Source: a cyanobacterium endosymbiont of Braarudosphaera bigelowii (GTDB taxonomy: Bacteria; Cyanobacteriota; Cyanobacteriia; Cyanobacteriales; Microcystaceae). Taken from it: a stretch of DNA of 32,000 nucleotides. Positions 1 to 9,518 of this stretch are shown here, piece after piece. Positions within the stretch are counted from its first letter, which is position 1. Every line of letters begins with the position of its first letter. A model generated the notes under the pieces. The model was given only the letters and a program-made list of their open reading frames with translations. It made no database searches and was not told where the DNA came from. The stretch is taken from NCBI RefSeq assembly GCF_020885515.1, contig NZ_AP024987.1, positions 720,001-752,000 of the forward strand. Reading direction: 5' to 3'. A program made the position numbers and the translations under genes.

Positions 1-1
1 G

Positions 2-115
2 ATTAGCTACATTAGCGTAGGCCACAGACCAACCTTGACTAAATATCACCAACAGATATTAACCATCATGGACGAAGGAAATTGGGAACTAGAAACTCAC
101 AAAATTTATAGTTGA
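2..115 (+). CDS. C-terminal end of a fused ABC transporter ATP-binding/permease protein (ABC_membrane_2/SbmA-BacA-like), truncated by window edge
   Basis: Frame 2 reads ISYISVGHRPTLTKYHQQILTIMDEGNWELETHKIYS* ; 'ISVGHRxxLxxYH' resembles the H-loop and C-terminus of this ABC ATPase family. Not in the ORF track because the start is outside the window. Confidence 0.6.
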   Translation: MSYISVGHRPTLTKYHQQILTIMDEGNWELETHKIYS

Positions 116-477
116 GAAAAAATACTATTTAATAAATTTTAACTTTTTTATTTTTTAAATCAGAAAATTACTATTTTATGATTACTAAACATTAAAATAT
201 TCTTTATGTCTTATTTATTTATTTTTAGTAAACATAAATAAACTATTAGATAATGTATAAAGACTTATTTACATGATGTTACTTTTTTTAATTTTAATCC
301 CTATTGATTTTTTATTAGGATCTTCTTTTGAAGGTCTGTTCAATACTCATTAATTTAATATTTTTATATATAACTAAGGTTTAGATTTCCCTTCTATCCA
401 AAAAATTAGTACAATAAATATATGAGGTTCTCGTAATCTTTTTTTATTCTTAAACATTCAGTCAAAACCATTAATTT

Positions 478-663
478 ATGGAATCTAGTAGCTCATCAAA
501 GAAGGGGACAGAACCTTCTGCTCATAGGTGGACTAACATTATGGGAACGGTAATTGCCATGATAACGTTGACACTGCCCGTTTTCGTAATTGCCTATTAC
601 TCTTCAAATAAAGCTGATTCTCCTTCGAGTCAACTTCATTATCTGAATGATTCTAGAAAATAG
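478..663 (+). CDS. small single-TM hypothetical protein (61 aa)
   Basis: ORF with Ser/Lys-rich N-terminus, one hydrophobic helix (IMGTVIAMITLTLPVFVIAYY) and polar tail. Confidence 0.6.
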   Translation: MESSSSSKKGTEPSAHRWTNIMGTVIAMITLTLPVFVIAYYSSNKADSPSSQLHYLNDSRK

Positions 664-1260
664 CATCTTTATTATTAGTTAAAATCATATTTCTATTTAT
701 TTATCTCTAATGAAGGAAAGCCCTAAACTACAAGAGTAAAAATATTATGTAAGACACTTATCAAAAATATAGTTAAGGTTTATAGTTACTTTTTTAATAT
801 TTAGTTTTGCTAAAAAATAGAATTTAAAAATACTTCATAAAATCTATGATTTTCCTTAAACTAGGACAATATATGTCTAGCACGTCAGAAAAAAGATACC
901 ACAAATATCATTGGTGATGACGTTTTACATAAAGTAAACTAGTTATTTTTTTTACATTCTACTTTACGGAACTAAAACCCATATTAAGGTTTATGATTTA
1001 AGTTTATAAAATTTAAATCATAAAATCTATTTCTGTCTCATAAAAACAATTATCAATATATATAATATCAAATGATATAACTCATAAATAACATTTCTTA
1101 AGCTTAAAAGATATCACTGTTTTACTATAATTAGCTTGTTGATGAATAAAAGTATTTTGTTTTATACTCAAAAATTAAGGAGCAGTAAATTCCTACAGAA
1201 AATCTTAGGAATGAGAAGGTTAAAATTGAAGAAGAAACGCTAAAAAAATAATTAACATTC

Positions 1261-2799
1261 ATGTCAGATTTGCCAGCATCTATAGCTGTTTATTATCATC
1301 AACGAACAAAATACGATCCAAAAACTATTGCTACTAAAAATAAAGGTTTGGATTGGTCAAAGCAACCAACTCCTTTTAAGGAATATAAAATCGGCAAGTC
1401 TTATGAGCTAATAGCTTACTCATCAAAGAAATCATCAATTACTTCTCATTCTTCATATTGGCACAGACTTTCACGTTTATGTGGCTGTAGTTATGGATTA
1501 ACTGCAAAAATACCCACTATTGGAAGTCCTATGTATTTAAGAGCAACTCCATCAGCTGGAGGACTCTATCCAGCTGAAGTTTATCTAATTTCAAAAGGAA
1601 CTCCATGGCTACCAGCTGGATTGTATAGTTATCAGCCACAAAATCATTCCTTATTGCATTTTTGGGATGATAATGTTTGGGAAAATTTAGAGACAGCATG
1701 TTTATATCATCAGGCTCTTGAAAGCGCAGAAATAGTAGTTGTTACAACTGCTATTTTCTACAGATCATCGTGGCGATATGAAGACCGGGCCTATCGAAGA
1801 ATTTGTTTAGATACAGGGCACTTACTAGGTAATATAGAACTAGCTTGTGCTATGACTAATTATCGTCCTCACTTAATTGGAGGTTTTGTAGATAATTTAA
1901 TAAATAAAATCTTCTATTTTAACCCTAAAGAAGAAGGAGTGATTTCAGTTATTGCTTTATCTGATTTATCTAATGATAATAAAAATTTAAAAAATATAGG
2001 CCCCACAGCTTTACCATCAATTATAAAAACTAACTATTCTCAAGTTTCTGATGGAGAATTATTAGGTTATTTTCATCAAGCTACTGAGATAAAAGAACCT
2101 GATATTAATAAAGTACAAGAAATGATATCTCAAGACAGTTTTGTAGAAGATAAATATAACTTTCCATTTTGTTTAAAGGTATCCATGTTAACAACTCCTA
2201 TTATATGGGGAAATAATTTTAACCTTCTTGAAAAAACCATTTTTAAAAGACGATCTACTCGCGCTTATACAGGCGAAGAATTAACTTTAGATGAACTAAA
2301 AGGATTGCTACACTTTACCTATCAATCTCAAGATTATGTTCATCAGGGATTTGATCCAAATCCTGATTATTTTGATATAAATTTAATTGAAACTTTCGTA
2401 GTAGTATCTGGAGTAAAAGGTTTAGAGTCTGGCTGTTACTATTATGCGCCAAAAGCTCAAGAACTTAGGCAAATTCGGTTTAAAAATTTTCGCAAGGAAT
2501 TACATTACCTATGTTTAGGACAAAATTTAGGAAGAGATGCGGGAGCAATTATTTTTCATACTACAGAACTAAAGAAGGCGGTAGAAAAGTATGGTGATCG
2601 CGTTTATAGATATTTACATCTTGATGCAGGACATTTAGGACAAAAGTTAAATTTAGCTGCTATTCATCTTCAACTTGGAGTAAGTGGAATTGGTGGTTTC
2701 TTTGATGATCAAGTAAATGAAGTTCTTGGCATTCCTGAAGATGAGGCTGTCATTTATATAACTACAATAGGAAGGCCAAGATATCAATCTATAAGTTAA
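1261..2799 (+). CDS. SagB/ThcOx-family dehydrogenase (nitroreductase-fold, two-domain)
   Basis: 512 aa; motifs RATPSAGGLYPAEVY and KRRSTRAYTGEELTLDELKGLL, plus C-terminal LHLDAGHLGQKLNLAAIHLQLGVSGIGGFFDDQVNEVLG, typical of SagB-type oxidoreductases. Confidence 0.85.
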   Translation: MSDLPASIAVYYHQRTKYDPKTIATKNKGLDWSKQPTPFKEYKIGKSYELIAYSSKKSSITSHSSYWHRLSRLCGCSYGLTAKIPTIGSPMYLRATPSAGGLYPAEVYLISKGTPWLPAGLYSYQPQNHSLLHFWDDNVWENLETACLYHQALESAEIVVVTTAIFYRSSWRYEDRAYRRICLDTGHLLGNIELACAMTNYRPHLIGGFVDNLINKIFYFNPKEEGVISVIALSDLSNDNKNLKNIGPTALPSIIKTNYSQVSDGELLGYFHQATEIKEPDINKVQEMISQDSFVEDKYNFPFCLKVSMLTTPIIWGNNFNLLEKTIFKRRSTRAYTGEELTLDELKGLLHFTYQSQDYVHQGFDPNPDYFDINLIETFVVVSGVKGLESGCYYYAPKAQELRQIRFKNFRKELHYLCLGQNLGRDAGAIIFHTTELKKAVEKYGDRVYRYLHLDAGHLGQKLNLAAIHLQLGVSGIGGFFDDQVNEVLGIPEDEAVIYITTIGRPRYQSIS

Positions 2800-2878
2800 A
2801 TGAATGATTGTCTGTGAAGTAAATATCTTTATTAACGTATGGTAAAGTAAGTTTATTAGTCATGATTATACAAAAACA

Positions 2879-3994
2879 TTATTTATCTTCTAGTAAAATA
2901 TCTGATGGTAATTCTCTTTTCGGTAAAGGAGTCATAGGAGGTGGTAATATCGGACCAAATAATAAAGGGGTAGACAAAGGTAACTCATAATCAGCAATAA
3001 CTTCTCGAAGTTGGCTAACACGTAGTAATAACTTAAATTTTTTTCCAAAATCCTGTTCGATCAATTTCTCTACCAATCGAACTTGTGTTGGAGTTATAGG
3101 ATTTTTAGTATTTTCTTGAACTGTCACTAAAATAATAGGATGTTCGTTACTCCAAGGAAACATAGGCCATTGAACTTTTAATGATATTAATTCGCTTTGT
3201 TGCCCAACAGTAACTGTTTTATTTTCAAGAAGATTTTTAATTCTTCCTTCAAATTTTTCTTGCCAGAGGAGATTGCCAAAGCTTACAAATAATGGAAAAG
3301 TTATAATTCCTGTCATAGCTATTAGTCCTCCTAAAGCTTGACTTGTTTGATTATAGTTAAAGTAGTAACCCCCAAGAATGAATACAGTAATGCAGGATAA
3401 AGTTATACCCAAAAGATTTGTAAAATATAGTAAAAAAGCTCCACTTGCCAAGAGTATAGCTTTTTGAGATAAGCAAATACCAACCGCACATAAAGGAGGC
3501 ATTAAAGCTACGGAAATTGCAGTACCAACAACTGCATCGCCAAGTCTGCGTCGAACTTTAGCAAAACCACTTATTGCTCCTGCTGTTACTGCTACCCCTA
3601 AGTCTGCTAAGTTTGGCTGAGTTCTTCCCAAAAGTTCAAGACCGAAAGATGATTCAGGTAGTCCGAAAATCCCTCCCACTAAACTTGAAACTAGAAGGGA
3701 TACTATGGTACCTATTAAAAGTGTCATCGAACTTACTTTAACTAAAATCCCTTCATTATCTAGTACACCGAAGGCAAAGCCTCTTAATGGGAGCATTAAA
3801 GGAGCAATAAGCATCGCACCAATGATAATAGTAGGACTGTTAATCAATAATCCGAGAGTTGCTATAAAAGAAGCACTGATAGTTAAGATAATAAAATCTG
3901 TGTTAAGTGCAGAATCTTCTATTAAATCCTGTAATAATTTCTTTCTTATATTTAGAGAAACTTTCGGAATTTTTTGTTTAAACCAGTTTTTCAT
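2879..3994 (-). CDS. DUF389 domain-containing membrane protein
   Basis: 371 aa; SPTIIIGAMLIAPLMLPLRGFAFG, AVTAGAISGFAKVRRR, GTAISVALMPPLCAVG are DUF389/TIGR00341 signatures; multiple TM segments. Confidence 0.85.
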   Translation of the reverse strand: MKNWFKQKIPKVSLNIRKKLLQDLIEDSALNTDFIILTISASFIATLGLLINSPTIIIGAMLIAPLMLPLRGFAFGVLDNEGILVKVSSMTLLIGTIVSLLVSSLVGGIFGLPESSFGLELLGRTQPNLADLGVAVTAGAISGFAKVRRRLGDAVVGTAISVALMPPLCAVGICLSQKAILLASGAFLLYFTNLLGITLSCITVFILGGYYFNYNQTSQALGGLIAMTGIITFPLFVSFGNLLWQEKFEGRIKNLLENKTVTVGQQSELISLKVQWPMFPWSNEHPIILVTVQENTKNPITPTQVRLVEKLIEQDFGKKFKLLLRVSQLREVIADYELPLSTPLLFGPILPPPMTPLPKRELPSDILLEDK

Positions 3995-4368
3995 AAAAAA
4001 TTTATTAATTGTTTTAAACTAGAATTAATAAATCCTAGATATTACTTAAATAATCATATTTTCAAAGAAATAAAATTGTCCATATAAAGAAAAAGAATTT
4101 TTGTATTGACTAAATAATAAACCCTTTAAAATTATTTCAGGATGGTATTTAAGTAGATATAAAGTAAACATTTTAAATTGGGTACATAATTAACCTGTTG
4201 GCTAATAAAAAATTATAAAAAGACTTAAATATTATTATTATTCATATTAAAGTTCATCATCATAATATTAGTACATTTCGGTTCGGTATTCCTTACTGGT
4301 TTCTTATTTAAATAATAAGCTATAAAAGAAAAAGATATGAACTAGATTTTTTTTAGTGAAATTAAATT

Positions 4369-5103
4369 ATGAGTAATACAAGCAATTTTCGCAAAGCAAT
4401 TAACGAGTCCCGAAAAAACGAACTTATTGGCCCTAATGTTATAGCTAATGCTTTACCTATTGTTGGTGGTGGCTTGATTTTGACTGCACTAGGAACTTAT
4501 GGTGGTTTAAGAATAATAAATTTTTATCCAGAAATTTTTTATTCAACTTTTGTTATTGCCATTATTTTAGAACTAGGTTTCTTTTTTATTGTAAACAGAG
4601 TAATTGAAAAGAATAGTGAAGATATTGCCCTACCTTTGTTATCTCTTTACAGTTTATTGTCTGGATATACCCTTAGTGGCATTGTTTATATTGCTTTAGG
4701 GACTCAAGGTGTAGGAGTTCAAGGAATAGCAATTTCAGCCTTTGGTTGTGGAGCTACTTTTATCATTGCACGTAGCATTGGATCAAATTTATCAGATCAA
4801 GATGGAATAGCTTTGACAAAAACAGTCCGATTAGGTGTAATAGCTTTATTAACAGTAATTATTGGACAGTTTATATTTTCTATTTTTGGATTTTATACGC
4901 CATCATGGTTGGAAATAGTATTTTCTGGATTAGGAGTATTCTTATTTGCAGGGGCTGCAGTAGTAGATTTTTATGTCCTTCCTCGTAGCTATAATGACGG
5001 ACAGTATCTTGCTGCAGCACTTTCGATGTACCTTACTTATATCAATTTATTTATATTTATACTAAGATTAATTATCTCTCTTAATGACAACGATAAAAAT
5101 TAA
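4369..5103 (+). CDS. Bax inhibitor-1/YccA (UPF0005)-like multi-pass membrane protein
   Basis: 244 aa with about 7 hydrophobic segments; family guess from overall pattern (SLYSLLSGYTLSGIVY, YLAAALSMYLTYINLFIFILRLI). Confidence 0.6.
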   Translation: MSNTSNFRKAINESRKNELIGPNVIANALPIVGGGLILTALGTYGGLRIINFYPEIFYSTFVIAIILELGFFFIVNRVIEKNSEDIALPLLSLYSLLSGYTLSGIVYIALGTQGVGVQGIAISAFGCGATFIIARSIGSNLSDQDGIALTKTVRLGVIALLTVIIGQFIFSIFGFYTPSWLEIVFSGLGVFLFAGAAVVDFYVLPRSYNDGQYLAAALSMYLTYINLFIFILRLIISLNDNDKN

Positions 5104-5283
5104 AATATTTATTTAAAGTTTAAAATACTTTTCTTTTGTGTATATTTTGCTATAATAATTGAAGATTATAAATTGGTATTGGCTTTAGGATTCTTATGAA
5201 CCTTAAATTAATTACATCTTGTAACCATACTGCTTTTTAATTTTGTTCAGTTCTTTTAGAGACATAAACAAGATAAATAAATT

Positions 5284-5445
5284 ATGAATACTAACACTCA
5301 GAAAAAAACTCTTGATGATCCTAAGTTTGGCTTTACTGAATATGCAGAACGTTTAAATGGTCGTGCTGCTATGATTGGTTTTATACTTGCTCTTATAATT
5401 GAGTATACAAGTGGACAAAGTCTCTTATCTTGGTTGGGCTTATAA
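5284..5445 (+). CDS. high light-inducible protein / small CAB-like protein (HLIP/Scp)
   Basis: Manual translation MNTNTQKKTLDDPKFGFTEYAERLNGRAAMIGFILALIIEYTSGQSLLSWLGL*; contains the chlorophyll-binding motif ExxNGRxAMxGF and a single TM helix. Not in the supplied ORF track (53 aa). Confidence 0.9.
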   Translation: MNTNTQKKTLDDPKFGFTEYAERLNGRAAMIGFILALIIEYTSGQSLLSWLGL

Positions 5446-5885
5446 ATTAGCCATAATATTCTAAATAGTTTCTAGATATATTTTAAGTACTAAATTTATA
5501 GATGCTTAAAATATATCTAGAAACTATTTACAAACGTATTTTTGTTGAACTAATATGCACTTTTCATGATAGAAGTAGGTTTAAACTATATATCAGTCGA
5601 CAGGCAAAAGTAATTTATATAAAATATGATTATCTTGCATAAAGAACAAATCTTGATACTTTCAGCCCAACTTTAATATTTAGTTATTTAGATATTATTC
5701 TAGATGTTCAATTACAATTATTTTTAATCTTTTTATTTATAATCTTGTGTTCTGAATTAGATAAGTAAATCTTAAATTATTATTATGAATAAAATATTAA
5801 GATCCCAATATTTTCTGAAATTTGCTTATACTGTATCTTAAATATTTTAAACAAGTAGTGTCGTTAAGAATAGGTATTTTAATTA

Positions 5886-6167
5886 ATGCTACAAGATCAA
5901 ACACATCCTCAAGAACACCGTGATCGACTTATTGTAAATGATTTATTAAATTCTCAACCTGATGACTATAAACTAGCTGAATTGGCAAGACTATTAATCC
6001 GCTATCAAAATTTCCCAGGAGCTAGAAAAGTTTATCAAGATTTAAACAAAATCTTAATTTCTTGGAACTTAACACAAGAAAAATTATTTATAAAGACTCG
6101 TGAACTTCATTATAATAGAAGTCTTTATTCTAACTCACTAGATGAAGGAGTTCAGGATTGGACTTGA
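5886..6167 (+). CDS. DUF3288 family protein (conserved cyanobacterial)
   Basis: 93 aa; N-terminal DQTHPQEHRDRLIVNDLL and ELARLLIRYQNFPGARKVYQDL pattern. Confidence 0.7.
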   Translation: MLQDQTHPQEHRDRLIVNDLLNSQPDDYKLAELARLLIRYQNFPGARKVYQDLNKILISWNLTQEKLFIKTRELHYNRSLYSNSLDEGVQDWT

Positions 6168-6534
6168 ATGCAAAAGAAAATACTACATAGAGCAGCTCAA
6201 TGGGTACAACCAAATTTCCATTAATATATAAGCTTTGATATATACATTAGTGACAATTATATTTTTTATTAATAATATTAAAGACAATGCTGATTTAAGC
6301 AAAACTTATAGTTAATATGCATATAGATTAGCTTTATGAAATATATGATGATTTTTGTATCTTCCAAAAATATTGATATCAATAAGCTATGTTTAAATAA
6401 AACGGGACTAACATATTTGATACAATATATAAGGAACTATAAAAGATAGTACTAATTTCTGAAAAGTCTAAAAATAAGAATATAATTAAATCTTACTCAT
6501 ATGTAGTGGAACTTAGCTCTATAAACTATATCAT

Positions 6535-7404
6535 TTAATGAAAACGAATCCCAAGAAAAATATCGTAAAGAAAGTCTAGAAAATTTCTACCTTTAAGTAA
6601 ATCTAAAGATTGTTCACACTTTTTCTCATCTAATAACTGTTTAGTTGCATAATAAGCTGGTTCATATCTATACCAAGGAATTGATGGCCATAAATGGTGA
6701 ACTAAGTGATAATTTTGTCCGAAAATTAAAAGATTAAGTATCTTACTTGGATATACCCTAGCATTTTTCCAACGATTACGCTCTAAAAAAGGTCGATGAG
6801 GTAAGTAATCAAAAAATAGGCCTAAAGCAACACCTACCACTAGTGCTGGTACAAACCAAAAGTTCATAACGTAGTTAATAAATCCATATTGTATGCTTAA
6901 GATAACAATAGTAAATACAATTAATCTACTCAAGAACCACTCTAATATCTCATTCTTAATCCACAAACGACGTTTGAAAAAAAATATTTCATGATAAAAA
7001 AAGCGTGCCGCTATCATCCATAAAGGTCCTCCTGTCGATACAAAGTGATCAGGATCATTGTCAGGATCATTGACATGAGCATGGTGTTGTAGATGTACTC
7101 GCGTAAAGACAGGAAAAGCAAAGCCTAACATTAATGCACTACCATGACCTAGGATTGCATTGAAAATTCGGTTTGGATGAGCTGCATTATGCGAAGCATC
7201 ATGAATAACTGTACCAGAAAGATGAAGAGCAAGAACGTTACAGCTAAAACATACCCAGTCTCTCCACTCCCATAAGTAATGTCCACAAGTTGAAGAGAAA
7301 ATTAAGAGTAGAGATACTGAAAACATGACTACATTAGGATTAAGCCCTCCAGGAGTCTTTAAAAATTCTTTAGGAACTGTTTGCAGCGTTTCTACCGACT
7401 GCAT
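6535..7404 (-). CDS. crtR: beta-carotene hydroxylase (CrtR-type, fatty acid desaturase superfamily)
   Basis: 289 aa; histidine boxes HDASHNAAH, HLQHHAHVNDPDNDPDH and QNYHLVHHLWPSIPWYRY. Confidence 0.88.
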   Translation of the reverse strand: MQSVETLQTVPKEFLKTPGGLNPNVVMFSVSLLLIFSSTCGHYLWEWRDWVCFSCNVLALHLSGTVIHDASHNAAHPNRIFNAILGHGSALMLGFAFPVFTRVHLQHHAHVNDPDNDPDHFVSTGGPLWMIAARFFYHEIFFFKRRLWIKNEILEWFLSRLIVFTIVILSIQYGFINYVMNFWFVPALVVGVALGLFFDYLPHRPFLERNRWKNARVYPSKILNLLIFGQNYHLVHHLWPSIPWYRYEPAYYATKQLLDEKKCEQSLDLLKGRNFLDFLYDIFLGIRFH

Positions 7405-7634
7405 GATAATTTTGTACCTCTTTCTTGATATTATTTATCAGCAATATCAAGTTTACACGATAATGGAAATTTAACAAAGCTTAATAACGTATGTTCTTTT
7501 TAGGATTTCAAACTAATATAAAATATGAAAAATAAAATAAAATTCTGAAGATATTTTAAAAAATTTCATGTTTTTTTTAATGGAGTCAAGATGAGCTACC
7601 ATGTAACATGTATATGAGGATGCTATAAAACTGA

Positions 7635-9008
7635 ATGGCGATAGCTTATATTATTGGATTAGGAAAATCAGGGATTGCTGCTGCAAGATGTCTTAAGCAG
7701 GAAGGATGGAAAATAATTATTAGTGATTCTAAAACTTCTTCCGAATTAGAAGACTTACAGAAAAAATTAAGACTAGAAGATATTACTGTCAAATTGCTTT
7801 ATGAACCAACTTTTCAAACTTCTTTTTTACCAGAGTTAATCATAGTTAGTCCAGGAGTGCCATGGGATACTTCTTTTTTAGTTGAAGCGCGTCTTCGTAA
7901 AATAACTATAATTGGTGAACTAGAATTATCTTGGCGATATCTTAGTTCTCTTCCTTGGCTAACTATTACTGGTACTAACGGTAAAACTACTACTACAAGG
8001 TTGATTGAAGCAATTTTTGAACAGTCTTTATTCAGTGCGGTTGCTTGTGGAAATATCGGATATGCAGCTTCTGAACTAGCTTTGTTTAAGATAAAAAATC
8101 AAAACATTTTTAAATATGATTGGATAATTACAGAAGTTAGTAGTTATCAATGTGAATCTTCTCAAACGATAAGACCTACAGTCGGTATTTGGACAAGTTT
8201 TACTCCAGATCACTTAAGTCGTCATAAAAACTTAGATAATTATTATTCTATAAAAGCTTCTTTAATAAAAAATTGTAAATATCAAATTTTAAACAATGAT
8301 GATTACTATCTAAAAAAGAAAAGTTCTTATAGTTGGCCAAATGCTTATTGGACAACAGTTAAAGGAAAAGAGAATTTACCTTGCGATCCACTTAAAGGAG
8401 TATATATCGAAGATGGTTGGATTGTTGCTTTTAAAGAGTTAATGTTTCCGATAAGTTTATTTAAAGTTCCAGGTCTACATAACCGACAAAATCTTTTAAT
8501 GGCTGTTGCAGCTGCTAGGATTGCTGGAATTGATAAAAAGATTATTTCTTTAGCTGTTGAAAATTTTAATGGTGTTTCTCATCGCTTGGAACCTGTTATT
8601 ACTATCGATAATATTCAATTTATAAATGATAGTAAAGCAACTAACTACGACGCTGCCGCAATGGGTTTAGAGTCAGTAAACGCACCTGTTATTTTAATTG
8701 CAGGTGGAAAATTAAAAGAAGGAGATGATAGCAAGTGGATTAAACTTATAAAATCAAAAGTTTCTCAAGTATTACTTATTGGTGAATCTGCATATGTTAT
8801 TGCAAAACGTCTCCAAAATGCCAACTATTACGACTATGAAGTTGTCCAAGAAATCGATATAGCAGTGAAAAGAAGCTTTGTTTTATGTAAAAAGCTAAGT
8901 TGTAAGGTGGTTCTTTTATCTCCAGCTTGTGCTAGTTTTGACCAGTACAAAGATTTTGAAGATCGAGGAAATCATTTTAAAAGCCTATGTAAAAATCTTG
9001 TATCGTAA
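7635..9008 (+). CDS. murD: UDP-N-acetylmuramoyl-L-alanine--D-glutamate ligase
   Basis: 457 aa; GLGKSGIAAARCL, ITGTNGKTTTT, EVSSYQ, HNRQNLL and FINDSKATNYDA, typical of MurD. Confidence 0.95.
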   Translation: MAIAYIIGLGKSGIAAARCLKQEGWKIIISDSKTSSELEDLQKKLRLEDITVKLLYEPTFQTSFLPELIIVSPGVPWDTSFLVEARLRKITIIGELELSWRYLSSLPWLTITGTNGKTTTTRLIEAIFEQSLFSAVACGNIGYAASELALFKIKNQNIFKYDWIITEVSSYQCESSQTIRPTVGIWTSFTPDHLSRHKNLDNYYSIKASLIKNCKYQILNNDDYYLKKKSSYSWPNAYWTTVKGKENLPCDPLKGVYIEDGWIVAFKELMFPISLFKVPGLHNRQNLLMAVAAARIAGIDKKIISLAVENFNGVSHRLEPVITIDNIQFINDSKATNYDAAAMGLESVNAPVILIAGGKLKEGDDSKWIKLIKSKVSQVLLIGESAYVIAKRLQNANYYDYEVVQEIDIAVKRSFVLCKKLSCKVVLLSPACASFDQYKDFEDRGNHFKSLCKNLVS

Positions 9009-9518
9009 AAGGTTTTTATAGATATTAATACATTCATCTTCAATGTACAGTTACTTAACTTTCTTTATTATAAATAGTTTTATTCTTATGATATGCAATC
9101 AATTATAGAAATTAAATTATCATTCATTAATAATTATTCTCATAAATTTTTATAATATTTTATCACTTCTTGTATTCTAAATAGTATTCTTCAAATTTTC
9201 TAATATTTAAATATATAAGATGTTTTTTATAATATAAAATATCTTTAAACGTACTATTTAGCCAGAGTAGTTCTATGTATTTATAAAGTCATTTTTATAG
9301 ATTATTGAACAATATAAATTAATCTTTTAAATACTTGTACTATCTTCTATTTTTAATCAACTAAATAGATGTTTTGTATTTCCTACCCATAGTTATTTTT
9401 GTGTTAAGGTACTAGTGAATAATAAAAAAAGTAGTACTAAATTTACCTAGGAAGATTTTTTTATCAATTTATTAAAAGCGTTTTTTCAAGCTACCCTGTT
9501 AACGGAGTTAATATCCCT

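Noticed and set aside
478-2799. RiPP (TOMM) cluster with the 61-aa peptide as precursor and the SagB-like enzyme as oxidase
   Set aside because: The peptide looks like a membrane protein rather than a leader-core precursor, there is about 600 bp between them, and no YcaO, protease or transporter partner is visible.
3705-4022. 105-aa plus-strand ORF
   Set aside because: Antisense to the start of the DUF389 gene; no domain signal, typical overlap artefact.
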